A stretch of 64,000 nt of DNA, taken from Bryobacter sp. (GTDB lineage Bacteria > Acidobacteriota > Terriglobia > Bryobacterales > Bryobacteraceae). Each line of letters begins with the position of its first letter. Within the stretch, counting starts at the first letter, position 1. The notes below the pieces were generated by a model. It was not told the origin of the DNA, ran no database searches, and worked only from the letters and a program-made list of their open reading frames with translations. Made by a program: the position numbers and the translations under genes. Where the stretch lies: contig JALHNH010000018.1 of NCBI GenBank assembly GCA_022843625.1, forward strand, positions 17,435-81,434, in the 5' to 3' direction. This document shows, piece by piece, positions 20,463-38,408 of the stretch.

Positions 20463-20921
20463 ATGATTAATAGCAGCCTCTCCGGAATATTGCAGGATTC
20501 GATCGGCCATGAACAGTGTCGTCAGGTTCTGCTCGTTAGCCGAGTCGGCACGGTTGTAGCCAGCGCGGTAAAGGACTCGACTCCCATTGCTCAGTCCCTT
20601 GGCCCCATCGTTGCATCTACCTTTGGCACGGGGAGCGAACTCAGCCGCCTCCTTGGAGTCGGTGAACAGAACTTCCAACTCCAACGCGGACGCCGTCAGG
20701 ATCTGCTCCTTTGTCCGATGCCCAGCGGAATGATCCTCGCCGCTACCTTCCCGGTTCAGGTGGATGAAGAAAACGCCCTTTCACTCGCCACTCACCTCAT
20801 CGATCAAATTGAGGCACTCACCCCTGCCACCGATTCTTATTCAGACCGGCAAGCCCTCAGCCCCGAAATGCGTGATGAGGCCAATGCCCTGCTCGATCAA
20901 CTCTTCGCGTCAGCCGCCTGA
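20463..20921 (+). CDS. Roadblock/LC7 (MglB-like) protein
   Basis: VLLVSRVGTVVAS, helix ending ELSRLLG, ILAATF strand and C-terminal LLDQLF helix. Confidence 0.72.
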   Translation: MINSSLSGILQDSIGHEQCRQVLLVSRVGTVVASAVKDSTPIAQSLGPIVASTFGTGSELSRLLGVGEQNFQLQRGRRQDLLLCPMPSGMILAATFPVQVDEENALSLATHLIDQIEALTPATDSYSDRQALSPEMRDEANALLDQLFASAA

Positions 20922-20948
20922 CTGCGATAAACTCAAAATTCGATCCGC

Positions 20949-21845
20949 ATGGCACAACTTCGCGATAAACTCCTCGGCGTCTTCGGCTTCCCCATCACGC
21001 CCTTCAAACAAGACCTCTCCCTCGACCTCGCCGCTCTCGAAAAGAACGTCGACGAAATGACCCAACACCCCTACTGCGCAATCGTCGCAGCAGGAGGTAC
21101 GGGGGAAATTTATTCGATGACCTCGGAGGAATCCGCTGAAGTCGTGCGTGTTGCCGTCCAGGCTACACACGGCCGCATGCCGGTTGTCGCTGGAGTCGGC
21201 TACAACACAGTCATTGGATGCGACATGGCAAGGCGCATGGAGAAAGCCGGTGCCGACGCACTGCTGGTCATGCCGCCCTACTACATCAATGCCCCCGAAG
21301 CAGGCTGGATCGACTACTACAAGACCATCGCCAACTCCACTGGCCTGCCACTCGCGCTCTACTCACGCGATTGGGCTGCCTTCACTCCCGATCAGGTTGC
21401 CCGCCTTGCCGATGCTGTCCCAAGCCTTCAGATCTGGAAAGACGGCCAGGGTAACATCCGCATGTACCAACGCATTATGGCCAAACTCGGCGATCGCCTC
21501 GCCTGGGTGGGTGGCCTCGGTGACGATTGCGCAGGTGGCTACTGGTCGATCGGGGTTCAGGCCTTCACCAGTTCCATCTCAAACGTAAGTCCCAAAATTG
21601 CCCTCGCCATTGCCGCTGCAGGCCAAGCTCAGGACTTCACCAAAATGAACGAGATCCTCATCAAATACGTCCATCCCCTCTATGCCCTTCGCGACAAGAT
21701 GAAGGGCTATGAAGTCACTGTGATGAAGGAAATGATGGAACTCATGGGTATCTCCGCTGGCCCGGCCCGCCCTCCTCTCTGCGCCGTCCGTGACGAGCAC
21801 AAGGCTGAGCTGCAGCGCATCGTCGAACTCTATAAGTCCTTCTAG
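20949..21845 (+). CDS. DHDPS-family aldolase/dehydratase (5-dehydro-4-deoxyglucarate dehydratase-like)
   Basis: FPITPF, AGGTGE, MPPYY and Schiff-base Lys in WKDG. Confidence 0.85.
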   Translation: MAQLRDKLLGVFGFPITPFKQDLSLDLAALEKNVDEMTQHPYCAIVAAGGTGEIYSMTSEESAEVVRVAVQATHGRMPVVAGVGYNTVIGCDMARRMEKAGADALLVMPPYYINAPEAGWIDYYKTIANSTGLPLALYSRDWAAFTPDQVARLADAVPSLQIWKDGQGNIRMYQRIMAKLGDRLAWVGGLGDDCAGGYWSIGVQAFTSSISNVSPKIALAIAAAGQAQDFTKMNEILIKYVHPLYALRDKMKGYEVTVMKEMMELMGISAGPARPPLCAVRDEHKAELQRIVELYKSF

Positions 21846-24800
21846 GCTTGGCCCCCAAGACGTAGCCAGAACTTGGCAAAGCGCTCTCCGAAGTTTTGCT
21901 TATTGCCTTTCCAGACTCTGGTAAGGGCCTCTGAGGCCACCCAGTGCTCAAAGGTCATCCGCCACCCTCGAGAATCAGGATGGTGGAAGGTGTCATCGAG
22001 CGATAGATCGTCAAAGGCATCTTCCATCAACTGCAATGCCTCCATGCAGAAGTAGTGCTGAGCCAAATTCAGATCTGCGGCTGGCAATCCAGGGTTTTTC
22101 AGACTGCGGGAAAACTGCCAGGCAATCGGCATCAACGGCTCTTCACTGCCGAGACGGGAGTAAAGAGCATTGAGCCGTTCAGTCAGCCCGGCGAAGGCTG
22201 ACGGAGTCACGAGTTCGGGCGCCAGAATCGCTTTGAGGTCTTTTGATATGTACTCTGTCAGGGGCTGCGTGCTCGAGTAACGGCCAAAGGCCTCTATGCC
22301 AGCTTCCCTTCCCAGCCTTCGATAGCTCTCAAACTGATCTTCAGAGTAGAACTGATCTCCAGTGCTCTCGTGGGGAAATGCGGGGTTCGCCTTTCTGTAC
22401 TGCTGCAAAGTCTCCGCCTCGTTTCCCTTCCAGGAAGCCTTGATGTACACAAACCAGCCCTGGCTTTGGTCACGATAAGTGATACGACCGATGGCGCAAT
22501 GAGTGCGGCTCTTTCCCGTTAGGGGATCGGGCCGGACGGAACTCAAATCAATTTCGACGCGGGCGTCAAAGTCTACTTCACACATCCGGAGCAGACGCCC
22601 CAGACCATCGAATCCATAGCCTCCATCAGCCTCCCCATCGCTACATATGATCACCCCGACCTTGCGGCGGATCAACTCGTAGACAGCCAGATTCTCGAAG
22701 TGGCCGCCATCGGAAATCATCAGGTAGGCCGAGTCGGGAGTCGCAGAAGCCAGCAGTTCTACGGCGAGATACCGCAGGCTGAACCAGGGTGAAGTATCAC
22801 CCTTCTTCTGCCGGAATGGATTGCCGAACCACCAGCCCAACCTGACGTTGAACATGGTGAGCATGAAGGCCACAGAGGTTGAGCTGTGGTAACCCATATT
22901 AGGGCTGGCGGCGGCACCAGATACACTAACCACCTGGGCCAGAGTGGGGGCGTCAATTCCGTAGTCGGCTGTAGCAACCAGTCGTACATCGCGCCGGTTA
23001 GAGCCGCAGTGGAGTGGAGAGAACTGGAAGTTTGTTGCCTGTCTCGATTGCACAGCCAGATCCCCTGCCCCGCCCAGGTTCAGTGCGCAATTCACGATAT
23101 GGAGCGGTCCCTGATATTTATTCTGAAAGGTCAAATTTTTCAGGCTTAAATCGTCCAGATCGTCAAATCCCGTAAATGGATGCGGCTTTCGTATAAACCC
23201 GCTTGCGTCGGCTTCACTCGATTCCCCTTCATCGAGTCGGGATGCGCCGAGATAGCACCTTCCCAGGCGGCTACGATAAAAGGCGTTGAGGCTGAATTCG
23301 TTGAGGTCCACACGAGACGCGAAGCCGACAGCGAGCAGTAAAGTCGCAAGGAGTAAGGAAGGCAAAAGGTAGAACTCGCCCAGCCTGACACCGGAGATTG
23401 CGCGGAGTATCTGCCAGTAATTGAGACCGCTTTGGGCTACAAACTGTGACTCGACCAAATAGAGGATTGTGGTTGTCCCAGCAAGCAACCCGACAATAAA
23501 TGCAAATGGTGCAACCTGGGCAATCAGCTCCATAGCCTTGTTGTTCTTCTCTCCTCCGGTAGAGTTGGATCGTCCTGCCCACAAACCAGCAAGCGTGGTC
23601 GACAAGAAGCCACTAAAACCACTCCAACTCAAGATCGCTCCCAGGGAGACAACCGCCCAGGGCGCGTAGGCCGAGAATGCGCTCAAAGTCGTCCAGGCGA
23701 GGGCATAGATTGCCAGCCAGGCACCCATCCGGCTCCACCACTCGCGTGCACCTTCACTGCTTGCATTGCCGATCATACCGATCATGATGACAACACCAAC
23801 TGAGAAGGCAAAAAGCACAAGTGCCGGCAGGATCACCTGACAATGCCAATCCGCTTCGGCAGGCGAAGTATTGGAATAAAGGAAGCGGGCAATGAGAATG
23901 ATCACGCAAAGCAGCAGGTAGAGGATGCATGAAGCGCCTGTAACACTCATCGCCAAAGCCCAAAGGTTTCGCTTCTTCAGCAGGCAAAGCGAGAGCATGA
24001 GGAAGGTAAAGACGGCAAAGCTGAAGGGCAGCCACCAATGGCTAATTGCCTCAGCAGCGATCGAAGAAAAGCCGTCACCCTCAAAGCTCCAATAAGCCTG
24101 AAAGGACATCACCGAAGCAATCAGATATGCGGCGATCAACATCGGAAGTACGATTAGCACCTGAGTGTGCGCCTGACCATAACGAATACGCTCTGCCCTG
24201 CTGCCTTCTTCGACACCACGCAAGCGCTGTCCGAAGGCATAGAGTTTGACAGCCACTGGCAACAACAGGAAGAGGCCGCTCAGCAGGCTAGCGGAAACTC
24301 CGATATCCATCCACCAGACCCGCGGCCAGTTGGCGTAGCCGTAGATAGCAACAGCAAGAGGAAGGCCACCAACTAGCAATGAGGCATTCCAGTTCTCGCC
24401 TTTTAGCACCCAAGATTCGGGCCGGTGCATCTCAAGCAGATTTCCGGCGACGCCCACTACTCCCACGCCAAAGAAGATAAAGGTAGCCACTCTCAGGGCT
24501 CCTTCTGCGGGCCACTTCACGAAAAACTCCATGGTGAGTTGAGGAATGACAAACAGCGCAAGAAGCGATAGCAGGATGGTGATCTGAATGAGCATCGTAT
24601 TGCGCAGCCAGATCGTTGCGATGGACCAGCTATCGGCGCTAAAGAAGCCCAGTTGCGGGGACAGGTAGTTGGCGTAACGCCTCAAATGGCGTACTGAGGT
24701 TTCCCAGAAGCGGCCTGGTTCAGTCCAAGCCCAGCCACCGTTTCTCTTGCAGTTTGCCGTAAGCCAACTTCCGATATAGCCACCGCCGGATACCGTAGAG

Positions 24801-25036
24801 AGGTAGTCCAGTTGCTTGAGCACTCCTTGCTCTTTGAGAGCTTCCATGACGCCCAAACCGAAGGTTGCGCTGCGAATGCCACCACCGGAAATAGCCAGAC
24901 CCACCGTTGGCTCGGTGCTGGCAATTTGCTTGGCCCCTCGCTGCTGGACGATTTCGTCCTGCTCCTGTTTGAGAATTTCCGGGTCGAGTTCGTGACGATC
25001 AAAAACGTCGACGCCTTTGGGGGGATAGGTCTTCAT
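21842..25036 (-). CDS. Patatin/cPLA2-like phospholipase with a large polytopic membrane insertion
   Basis: GLAISGGGIRSA, YLSTVSGGGY and SDGGHFENL motifs, with about 10-12 hydrophobic segments between the Ser and Asp motifs. ATG coupled to the upstream TAA (TAATG). Confidence 0.87.
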   Translation of the reverse strand: MKTYPPKGVDVFDRHELDPEILKQEQDEIVQQRGAKQIASTEPTVGLAISGGGIRSATFGLGVMEALKEQGVLKQLDYLSTVSGGGYIGSWLTANCKRNGGWAWTEPGRFWETSVRHLRRYANYLSPQLGFFSADSWSIATIWLRNTMLIQITILLSLLALFVIPQLTMEFFVKWPAEGALRVATFIFFGVGVVGVAGNLLEMHRPESWVLKGENWNASLLVGGLPLAVAIYGYANWPRVWWMDIGVSASLLSGLFLLLPVAVKLYAFGQRLRGVEEGSRAERIRYGQAHTQVLIVLPMLIAAYLIASVMSFQAYWSFEGDGFSSIAAEAISHWWLPFSFAVFTFLMLSLCLLKKRNLWALAMSVTGASCILYLLLCVIILIARFLYSNTSPAEADWHCQVILPALVLFAFSVGVVIMIGMIGNASSEGAREWWSRMGAWLAIYALAWTTLSAFSAYAPWAVVSLGAILSWSGFSGFLSTTLAGLWAGRSNSTGGEKNNKAMELIAQVAPFAFIVGLLAGTTTILYLVESQFVAQSGLNYWQILRAISGVRLGEFYLLPSLLLATLLLAVGFASRVDLNEFSLNAFYRSRLGRCYLGASRLDEGESSEADASGFIRKPHPFTGFDDLDDLSLKNLTFQNKYQGPLHIVNCALNLGGAGDLAVQSRQATNFQFSPLHCGSNRRDVRLVATADYGIDAPTLAQVVSVSGAAASPNMGYHSSTSVAFMLTMFNVRLGWWFGNPFRQKKGDTSPWFSLRYLAVELLASATPDSAYLMISDGGHFENLAVYELIRRKVGVIICSDGEADGGYGFDGLGRLLRMCEVDFDARVEIDLSSVRPDPLTGKSRTHCAIGRITYRDQSQGWFVYIKASWKGNEAETLQQYRKANPAFPHESTGDQFYSEDQFESYRRLGREAGIEAFGRYSSTQPLTEYISKDLKAILAPELVTPSAFAGLTERLNALYSRLGSEEPLMPIAWQFSRSLKNPGLPAADLNLAQHYFCMEALQLMEDAFDDLSLDDTFHHPDSRGWRMTFEHWVASEALTRVWKGNKQNFGERFAKFWLRLGGQA

Positions 25037-25899
25037 TAAGCGAGCGCTTTGGCGTAGAGTGCGAGTAAGCGTGCCCAGGCTTTTTCGGCTTGAGGTTCGT
25101 TGTAGACACCCGAATCCGGCGGGCACCATCCATGGGCTGCACCGGTGTAGACCTCGATCTCTGCCGGAAGCTTTGCCTGCTCGAAGGTCTCCTTCAGTAT
25201 GGTCTTGTCGTTCGGGGAACGGGCATCGTCATTGGCGGCGATGGCGACCAGAAAGTGGGCCTTGGTCTTTGAGGCTTGCAGGTGAGGGCTGCTGGGGTTA
25301 TCCCTTACGAGGCCGCCTCCGTGGAAGCTGGCAACCGCGCCGACACGATCTGGCATTGCGGCTGAGGTGCGAAAGGCGATGGGGCCACCCATACAATAGC
25401 CCTGCGTGCCGATCTTGCGATTCTTGGCAACCGACGCCTGTTTGTCGAGCCAGCCGATAAAAGCCTTGGCGTCGGTCATGTGCGTTGTCTCGTTAAGGCT
25501 CTGCGCAAGCGGCATCACTTGCTGGATGGGCGTAGCGGAACCGGCATCAGCAGTGGGCGCTTTTTTCGTTCGGTAGAAGGGGTTCACCACCAACACGGAA
25601 TAGCCTGATTCCGCCAGGCGCTTACCCATTTGACGGAAGGAAGGGCGAAGGCCGAAGATGTCGGGCCAGATGAGCACCGCCGGGGCAGTACCGGTTGCGG
25701 GGTGGACAAAGTAACAGTCGGCAGCACCGTCTGGCGTTGTCACAGTAACTTCAGATTCAACCACGGCAGCTGCATTCGCCACTTGCGGCAGAATCATCGA
25801 CATCCCTGCACTTAGCATTACGCCAAACTGTTTGCGGGTTACGAGGTCTAGAGATTCGAATTCTTTACGGTCTTCATCAAAATGATTCTGGTCGCACAT
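25036..25899 (-). CDS. Dienelactone hydrolase family protein
   Basis: PDIFGLR, GYCMGG nucleophile and AHGW. MCD start followed by a Tat-like leader. Confidence 0.9.
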   Translation of the reverse strand: MCDQNHFDEDRKEFESLDLVTRKQFGVMLSAGMSMILPQVANAAAVVESEVTVTTPDGAADCYFVHPATGTAPAVLIWPDIFGLRPSFRQMGKRLAESGYSVLVVNPFYRTKKAPTADAGSATPIQQVMPLAQSLNETTHMTDAKAFIGWLDKQASVAKNRKIGTQGYCMGGPIAFRTSAAMPDRVGAVASFHGGGLVRDNPSSPHLQASKTKAHFLVAIAANDDARSPNDKTILKETFEQAKLPAEIEVYTGAAHGWCPPDSGVYNEPQAEKAWARLLALYAKALA

Positions 25900-25900
25900 A

Positions 25901-27556
25901 TTATTGGCCATTGTATCTTTTTGTGAAGAGCCGGGTTTCGTCAAAGGTTTGCAGCGTAGTTCCGCACCTTAGCTGGTTGTAAGCCGTGGGCCAGTCGGCT
26001 GGAATCCTGAGGTCTGCCTGATAAACACCAACCAGGCCAGGTGCGTAGACCAATGTTGGGACTTCGAGTTCCACCGGGGCGGAATCGAAATCCAGATTGC
26101 GCAGGGTGCAACGGATCGTCGCCAAAGGCTTGGCGGGTGGGTTTGCGGGGCCAGGTTCGCCGGTGCCAACAGGCTGGTCCAGCGGTCCAAGCGCGCCTAG
26201 GTAGGCGTGAATGATAGACCCGGAGGGGGCTGGATTGTCCTTGCTTGCTAACCCGGAAAAGTCTTCCAAGGCTGCAGCAACAACGAAGCTTCGCGCTGCA
26301 GGATCGAAAACATTGAAGAAGCTAGCCGATGGCTCTTGCAGGAATGCGAGGTCGTACCGCAGTAAGAATGGAGATTCTGGACGAGTGGCAAGAATCACTC
26401 CACTGTAAGGATGGACATCCCAAGGGATTTGGACCAACAGTTCCTGAGCTTGAATCGAAGTGTCCTTCAAGCGCAAGACCGGAAGTGTCTGACCTTCGAT
26501 TGTGATCTCTGTGCGCTCATCAAAGCCTGCGGCTGAAAAGAAGACGGCCGAGCCAGGATAGACAGTACGGTTCATTGGAGAGAGCCGCGTGGGTGTGGCT
26601 GGGTAGAGCTCTTCGGTTTCACCACCGGCAATTCTGCTGATCGAACAGTTGTTGCGTTGATATGCGATGGTAGTGCCGTCGTCGCTGATCGTGGCGGCAG
26701 TGATTAGGTCTGGTGAGTCGGCAAGGCGATCAATTGTGTTCGATGCTCGACTCCAAAGGCTGATCGCCTGGAAGTAACGAATCAGGATGTGACTGGCGTC
26801 CTGGTCGAGCATGAAGTTGAACTTATCGTTCTGTGTCCGGAGTAGTGTGCGCTGAGCGAGTGTGCTGACTTCAATTTCAATCAGCGAAGAAATTCCATTG
26901 GGTGAATCCTCTCGGACGAACACATAGCGACCGTCGGGGCTTATGGCTGCAAGTTCCACTGGGTCGCCTTCGTATAGCTTCCGAAACGGCTCATCGGGTC
27001 GAACCAGAACAACGGCATTGGATGTTAAGAGTCGAGTGACTAAAGTGCCGTTGTCGCTAAGCGCATTGTGATCGTGCAGCGGGGGGAGGTCGGGCATGGG
27101 ATGGGTGATGCCAGTCTCAAGATCACGGAGAACAAAAGCGGTGTCTCGCTGGAGGATAAAGCGACCGTTGCGGCTGATACGAGATTGTGTTCCTCGAAAA
27201 TAGCTCTGCTTCAGACAGACACCGTCATACGAGATCGGGCGAAGGACGCCAGCATCAACGCGACGGCAATATCGAGCAAGAGTAGTCCCGTCGCTGGCGA
27301 GAAAGACCCCTGAGAAGCTCTCACCGCCCGCCGCTTGTACTTCTATTTCAGGCTTAACAGGAGCATATCTGTAAATCCGGCTTCGTTGAAATGCGTTGGA
27401 TAGTTCGCCATGAAGGAGAAGTTGTGAGTTGAAGAACAGAGTCTCTCCATGGGGAGAAAGGGCAAGCGACTGCGTGTTTTGAGCGAAGAGGCCCTGAATG
27501 CAGTAGAGCAGCAAAACAAGAACCCCGCCAGCGCGAGGCTGGCGGGGTTCTTGCAT
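25901..27556 (-). CDS. Secreted beta-propeller-like protein with Solibacter-type (TIGR03437-like) C-terminal domain
   Basis: ISPDGR/ISDDG repeats, NPAPSG..YLGALG and APGLVGVYQ motifs. Start uncertain. Confidence 0.75.
   Translation of the reverse strand: MQEPRQPRAGGVLVLLLYCIQGLFAQNTQSLALSPHGETLFFNSQLLLHGELSNAFQRSRIYRYAPVKPEIEVQAAGGESFSGVFLASDGTTLARYCRRVDAGVLRPISYDGVCLKQSYFRGTQSRISRNGRFILQRDTAFVLRDLETGITHPMPDLPPLHDHNALSDNGTLVTRLLTSNAVVLVRPDEPFRKLYEGDPVELAAISPDGRYVFVREDSPNGISSLIEIEVSTLAQRTLLRTQNDKFNFMLDQDASHILIRYFQAISLWSRASNTIDRLADSPDLITAATISDDGTTIAYQRNNCSISRIAGGETEELYPATPTRLSPMNRTVYPGSAVFFSAAGFDERTEITIEGQTLPVLRLKDTSIQAQELLVQIPWDVHPYSGVILATRPESPFLLRYDLAFLQEPSASFFNVFDPAARSFVVAAALEDFSGLASKDNPAPSGSIIHAYLGALGPLDQPVGTGEPGPANPPAKPLATIRCTLRNLDFDSAPVELEVPTLVYAPGLVGVYQADLRIPADWPTAYNQLRCGTTLQTFDETRLFTKRYNGQ
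27513..27553 (-). terminator. Rho-independent terminator of rpoBC
   Basis: Perfect 16-bp stem CAAGAACCCCGCCAGC/GCTGGCGGGGTTCTTG with 5-nt loop, followed by TTTT on the - strand, 20 nt after the rpoC stop. Confidence 0.85.
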
Positions 27557-27572
27557 TAGCTTTGTGAGCTGG

Positions 27573-31820
<4,248 letters not shown>

Positions 31821-31845
31821 ATATAATTTCTCCTTTCGACTTCAA

Positions 31846-36261
<4,416 letters not shown>

Positions 36262-36571
36262 TCGTTCAAACCTCTCGACGGCCGTTGGCCGCCGTACTGT
36301 TCAGGACAGTGAATCAATTTGAGAATCGTAGAAACGATCAGGAAGAAAGGTACAGCGAGGAACAAAGACCGACCCCAGGGGCTAAAACCCTGGCTCTCCG
36401 GCTACTTTGTCAGATCAATAGCATCAGATGAAAAAATTGGAGCTGGACACGCGAAAACGAGACAGCAAAATACTTGCCGTCCCGGGAAGCGGTAGAAAGT
36501 TTTTAAATTTGGTTCAAAAAGTGCTTATTCCAGCCCTACACAAATGACGTTAACAGATTCTTACAGTTGCG

Positions 36572-37228
36572 TCAACTTCGCGGGGATTGGGTTTGTTCTG
36601 TCGAATGGTCTTCGAAGGGGTCAATTGGGTTTGTTTTGTTGATTGGGTTTCTCGAGCCGTAGGCGATGTTGAGGCCGATGTAGCCGGGCTCTTCGCGCCG
36701 GAGTTGGCCGAGGCGCATTTTGGCCATCGGCATAGAGGTGGGGATTTGGGCCTGAACTTTGGAGTCTTCGAGTTCGGCGATCACCTCTACCGAGGCGAGA
36801 CGGTGGAGTTGGAGCTCTTGCAGTTGTTTGAGGGCTTTGGCAGCGCGGCGTTCGAAGAGGGCACCGAGTTTGATGGTGCGTTCCATCTGGGCGAAGCGAA
36901 GGTGGTTGTCGGGGTCTTCGAGCCAGCGGTCCTGGGCTTCGGCTTCGATGCGTTGGGCGCGGAGAGCCTGGAAGCTGGCGTAGGCGTATTGTTCGAAGGC
37001 GAGTTCTTCGGCGGTGCCGCGCGGGAGGGTTTCGGAGCGGAGATCGGCTTTGATTTGTTCGTAGTGGTCTCGCTCTTCGGGGCTCGAGGCGAAGAGCTTT
37101 TCGCTGGTGGCATGGAGGCCGTGGCGGTAGGCGTTGGAGGAGGATTTCTGTTTGCCGGCCTCGGTTCTTGGGCCGGTAGAGAGTTTTGCGTTTTCCTGAT
37201 TTGCGAGAGTTTGGGCGGCTGATGCCAT
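36572..37228 (-). CDS. Hypothetical protein with N-terminal STGPRT..GK..NA..HG motif (HGGxSTG-related)
   Basis: ANQENAKLSTGPRTEAGKQKSSSNAYRHGL followed by a helical body. Confidence 0.8.
   Translation of the reverse strand: MASAAQTLANQENAKLSTGPRTEAGKQKSSSNAYRHGLHATSEKLFASSPEERDHYEQIKADLRSETLPRGTAEELAFEQYAYASFQALRAQRIEAEAQDRWLEDPDNHLRFAQMERTIKLGALFERRAAKALKQLQELQLHRLASVEVIAELEDSKVQAQIPTSMPMAKMRLGQLRREEPGYIGLNIAYGSRNPINKTNPIDPFEDHSTEQTQSPRS
36586..36650. repeat. Three short direct repeats ATTGGGTTT(GTT)
   Basis: Copies at 36586-36597, 36624-36635 and 36642-36650. Confidence 0.75.
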
Positions 37229-37382
37229 GGTCGTTGTGTCCTTGTGATTGCTGTTTGAGTGGGAGATTGCCCCCGGTGGACAGGGTATCCCTGCGTTGTT
37301 GTGGATTTGGGTCTGGGTTGGGGTGAAATCGTTGATTTGATGGGAGAAGATTTTTCGAAAATTGTGGTGAACGCTTCCGCCG

Positions 37383-37410
37383 TAAGCATGTAATCGCTTA
37401 ATGCTAAGGT
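37383..37410 (+). promoter_or_regulatory. vapBC promoter/operator
   Basis: TAAGC-N8-GCTTA inverted repeat next to extended -10 TGcTAAGGT (37402-37410), 8 nt before the ATG. Confidence 0.55.
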
Positions 37411-37418
37411 GTAATCAT

Positions 37419-37667
37419 ATGGTTCGAACGCAAATCCAATTGACCCAAGAGCAAGCGGCGGTATTGCATCAGATGTCAGCGGAACGGCAAGTATCGATTG
37501 CAGAATTGATCCGGAATAGTATCGACAACTTTGTTCAGAAGGAAGCAGGGACAAGCCATGCGGCTAAGGTGGCGCGGGCGAAGTCGATTGTTGGGCAATT
37601 TGCTTCTGGGCATGCAGACGTCAGCAGTGATCACGACCGTTATCTTGCGGAAGCGTTTCAATCGTGA
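37419..37667 (+). CDS. Ribbon-helix-helix (CopG) antitoxin, VapB-like
   Basis: MVRTQIQL..SIAELIR and C-terminal SSDHDRYL. Overlaps the PIN gene by 4 nt. Confidence 0.88.
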   Translation: MVRTQIQLTQEQAAVLHQMSAERQVSIAELIRNSIDNFVQKEAGTSHAAKVARAKSIVGQFASGHADVSSDHDRYLAEAFQS

Positions 37668-38071
37668 GGACCTTTGTCGATACTTCGGCGATCTATGCGT
37701 TACTTGACCGGTCTGATCAGAACCATGCCGAGGCAACACGAATCTGGTTTGATTTGCTGGACCAAAATCGAGCGATGTTCACGAGCAACTATGTAGTTGT
37801 TGAGTGCTGTGCGCTGGCCCAGAACCGGCTTGGGATGGATGCGGTTCGGGCGATTCACGACAAGATTCTGCCCGTGATTGAGCAGCAATGGATCGATGAA
37901 GGGTTGCATGCGCTGGCGACGGCAAGTTTGCTGAGTGCTTCGAGGCGCAAACTGAGTCTGGTGGATTGTTCGAGCTTCGCGGTTATGCGCAAGGCGGGGG
38001 CAGGAACGGCGTTTGCGTTTGATGCGAATTTTGTGGAAGAGGGATTTGAAGCGGCGGGAAGAATCCGTTGA
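37664..38071 (+). CDS. vapC: PIN-domain toxin
   Basis: FVDTSA, NYVVVE, SLVDCSSF and FAFDANF provide the conserved acidic residues. Confidence 0.9.
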   Translation: MRTFVDTSAIYALLDRSDQNHAEATRIWFDLLDQNRAMFTSNYVVVECCALAQNRLGMDAVRAIHDKILPVIEQQWIDEGLHALATASLLSASRRKLSLVDCSSFAVMRKAGAGTAFAFDANFVEEGFEAAGRIR

Positions 38072-38159
38072 TTACTGTGAGGCTTTGGCGCGAAGAGGTT
38101 GGGGCGGTGTCGGCAAAGTAAGCGTTGTGAGCGACGATAAAGGCAGAGGAGAAACCCAT

Positions 38160-38408
38160 ATGGAAGTTCAACTTACATTGGAGCAGGAGGCACGATTGGC
38201 GCTTATGGCGGAAAGGGCCGGTACTGCACCCGAGCATTTCGTAACAAGCGTGGTTGTCCGATACCTGGATGAAGAAGCGCGGTATCTTGCTGCTATAGAT
38301 GAAGGTCTTGCGGCAGCGGGCCGAGGCGAGTTTATCGAAGAAGAAAAAATGAATGCTCGTCTCGAAGCCATGTTTACTGCTGATGCAGGTTCGAGCATGG
38401 CTGGCTGA
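38160..38408 (+). CDS. Orphan CopG/ParD-like antitoxin
   Basis: GAGGAG RBS. MEVQLT..EARL and AIDEGLAAAGRGEFI motifs. Confidence 0.75.
   Translation: MEVQLTLEQEARLALMAERAGTAPEHFVTSVVVRYLDEEARYLAAIDEGLAAAGRGEFIEEEKMNARLEAMFTADAGSSMAG

Noticed and set aside
36586-36650. Short repeats as a CRISPR array
   Set aside because: Repeats are only 9-12 bp, irregularly spaced, inside a CDS, and no cas genes are present.
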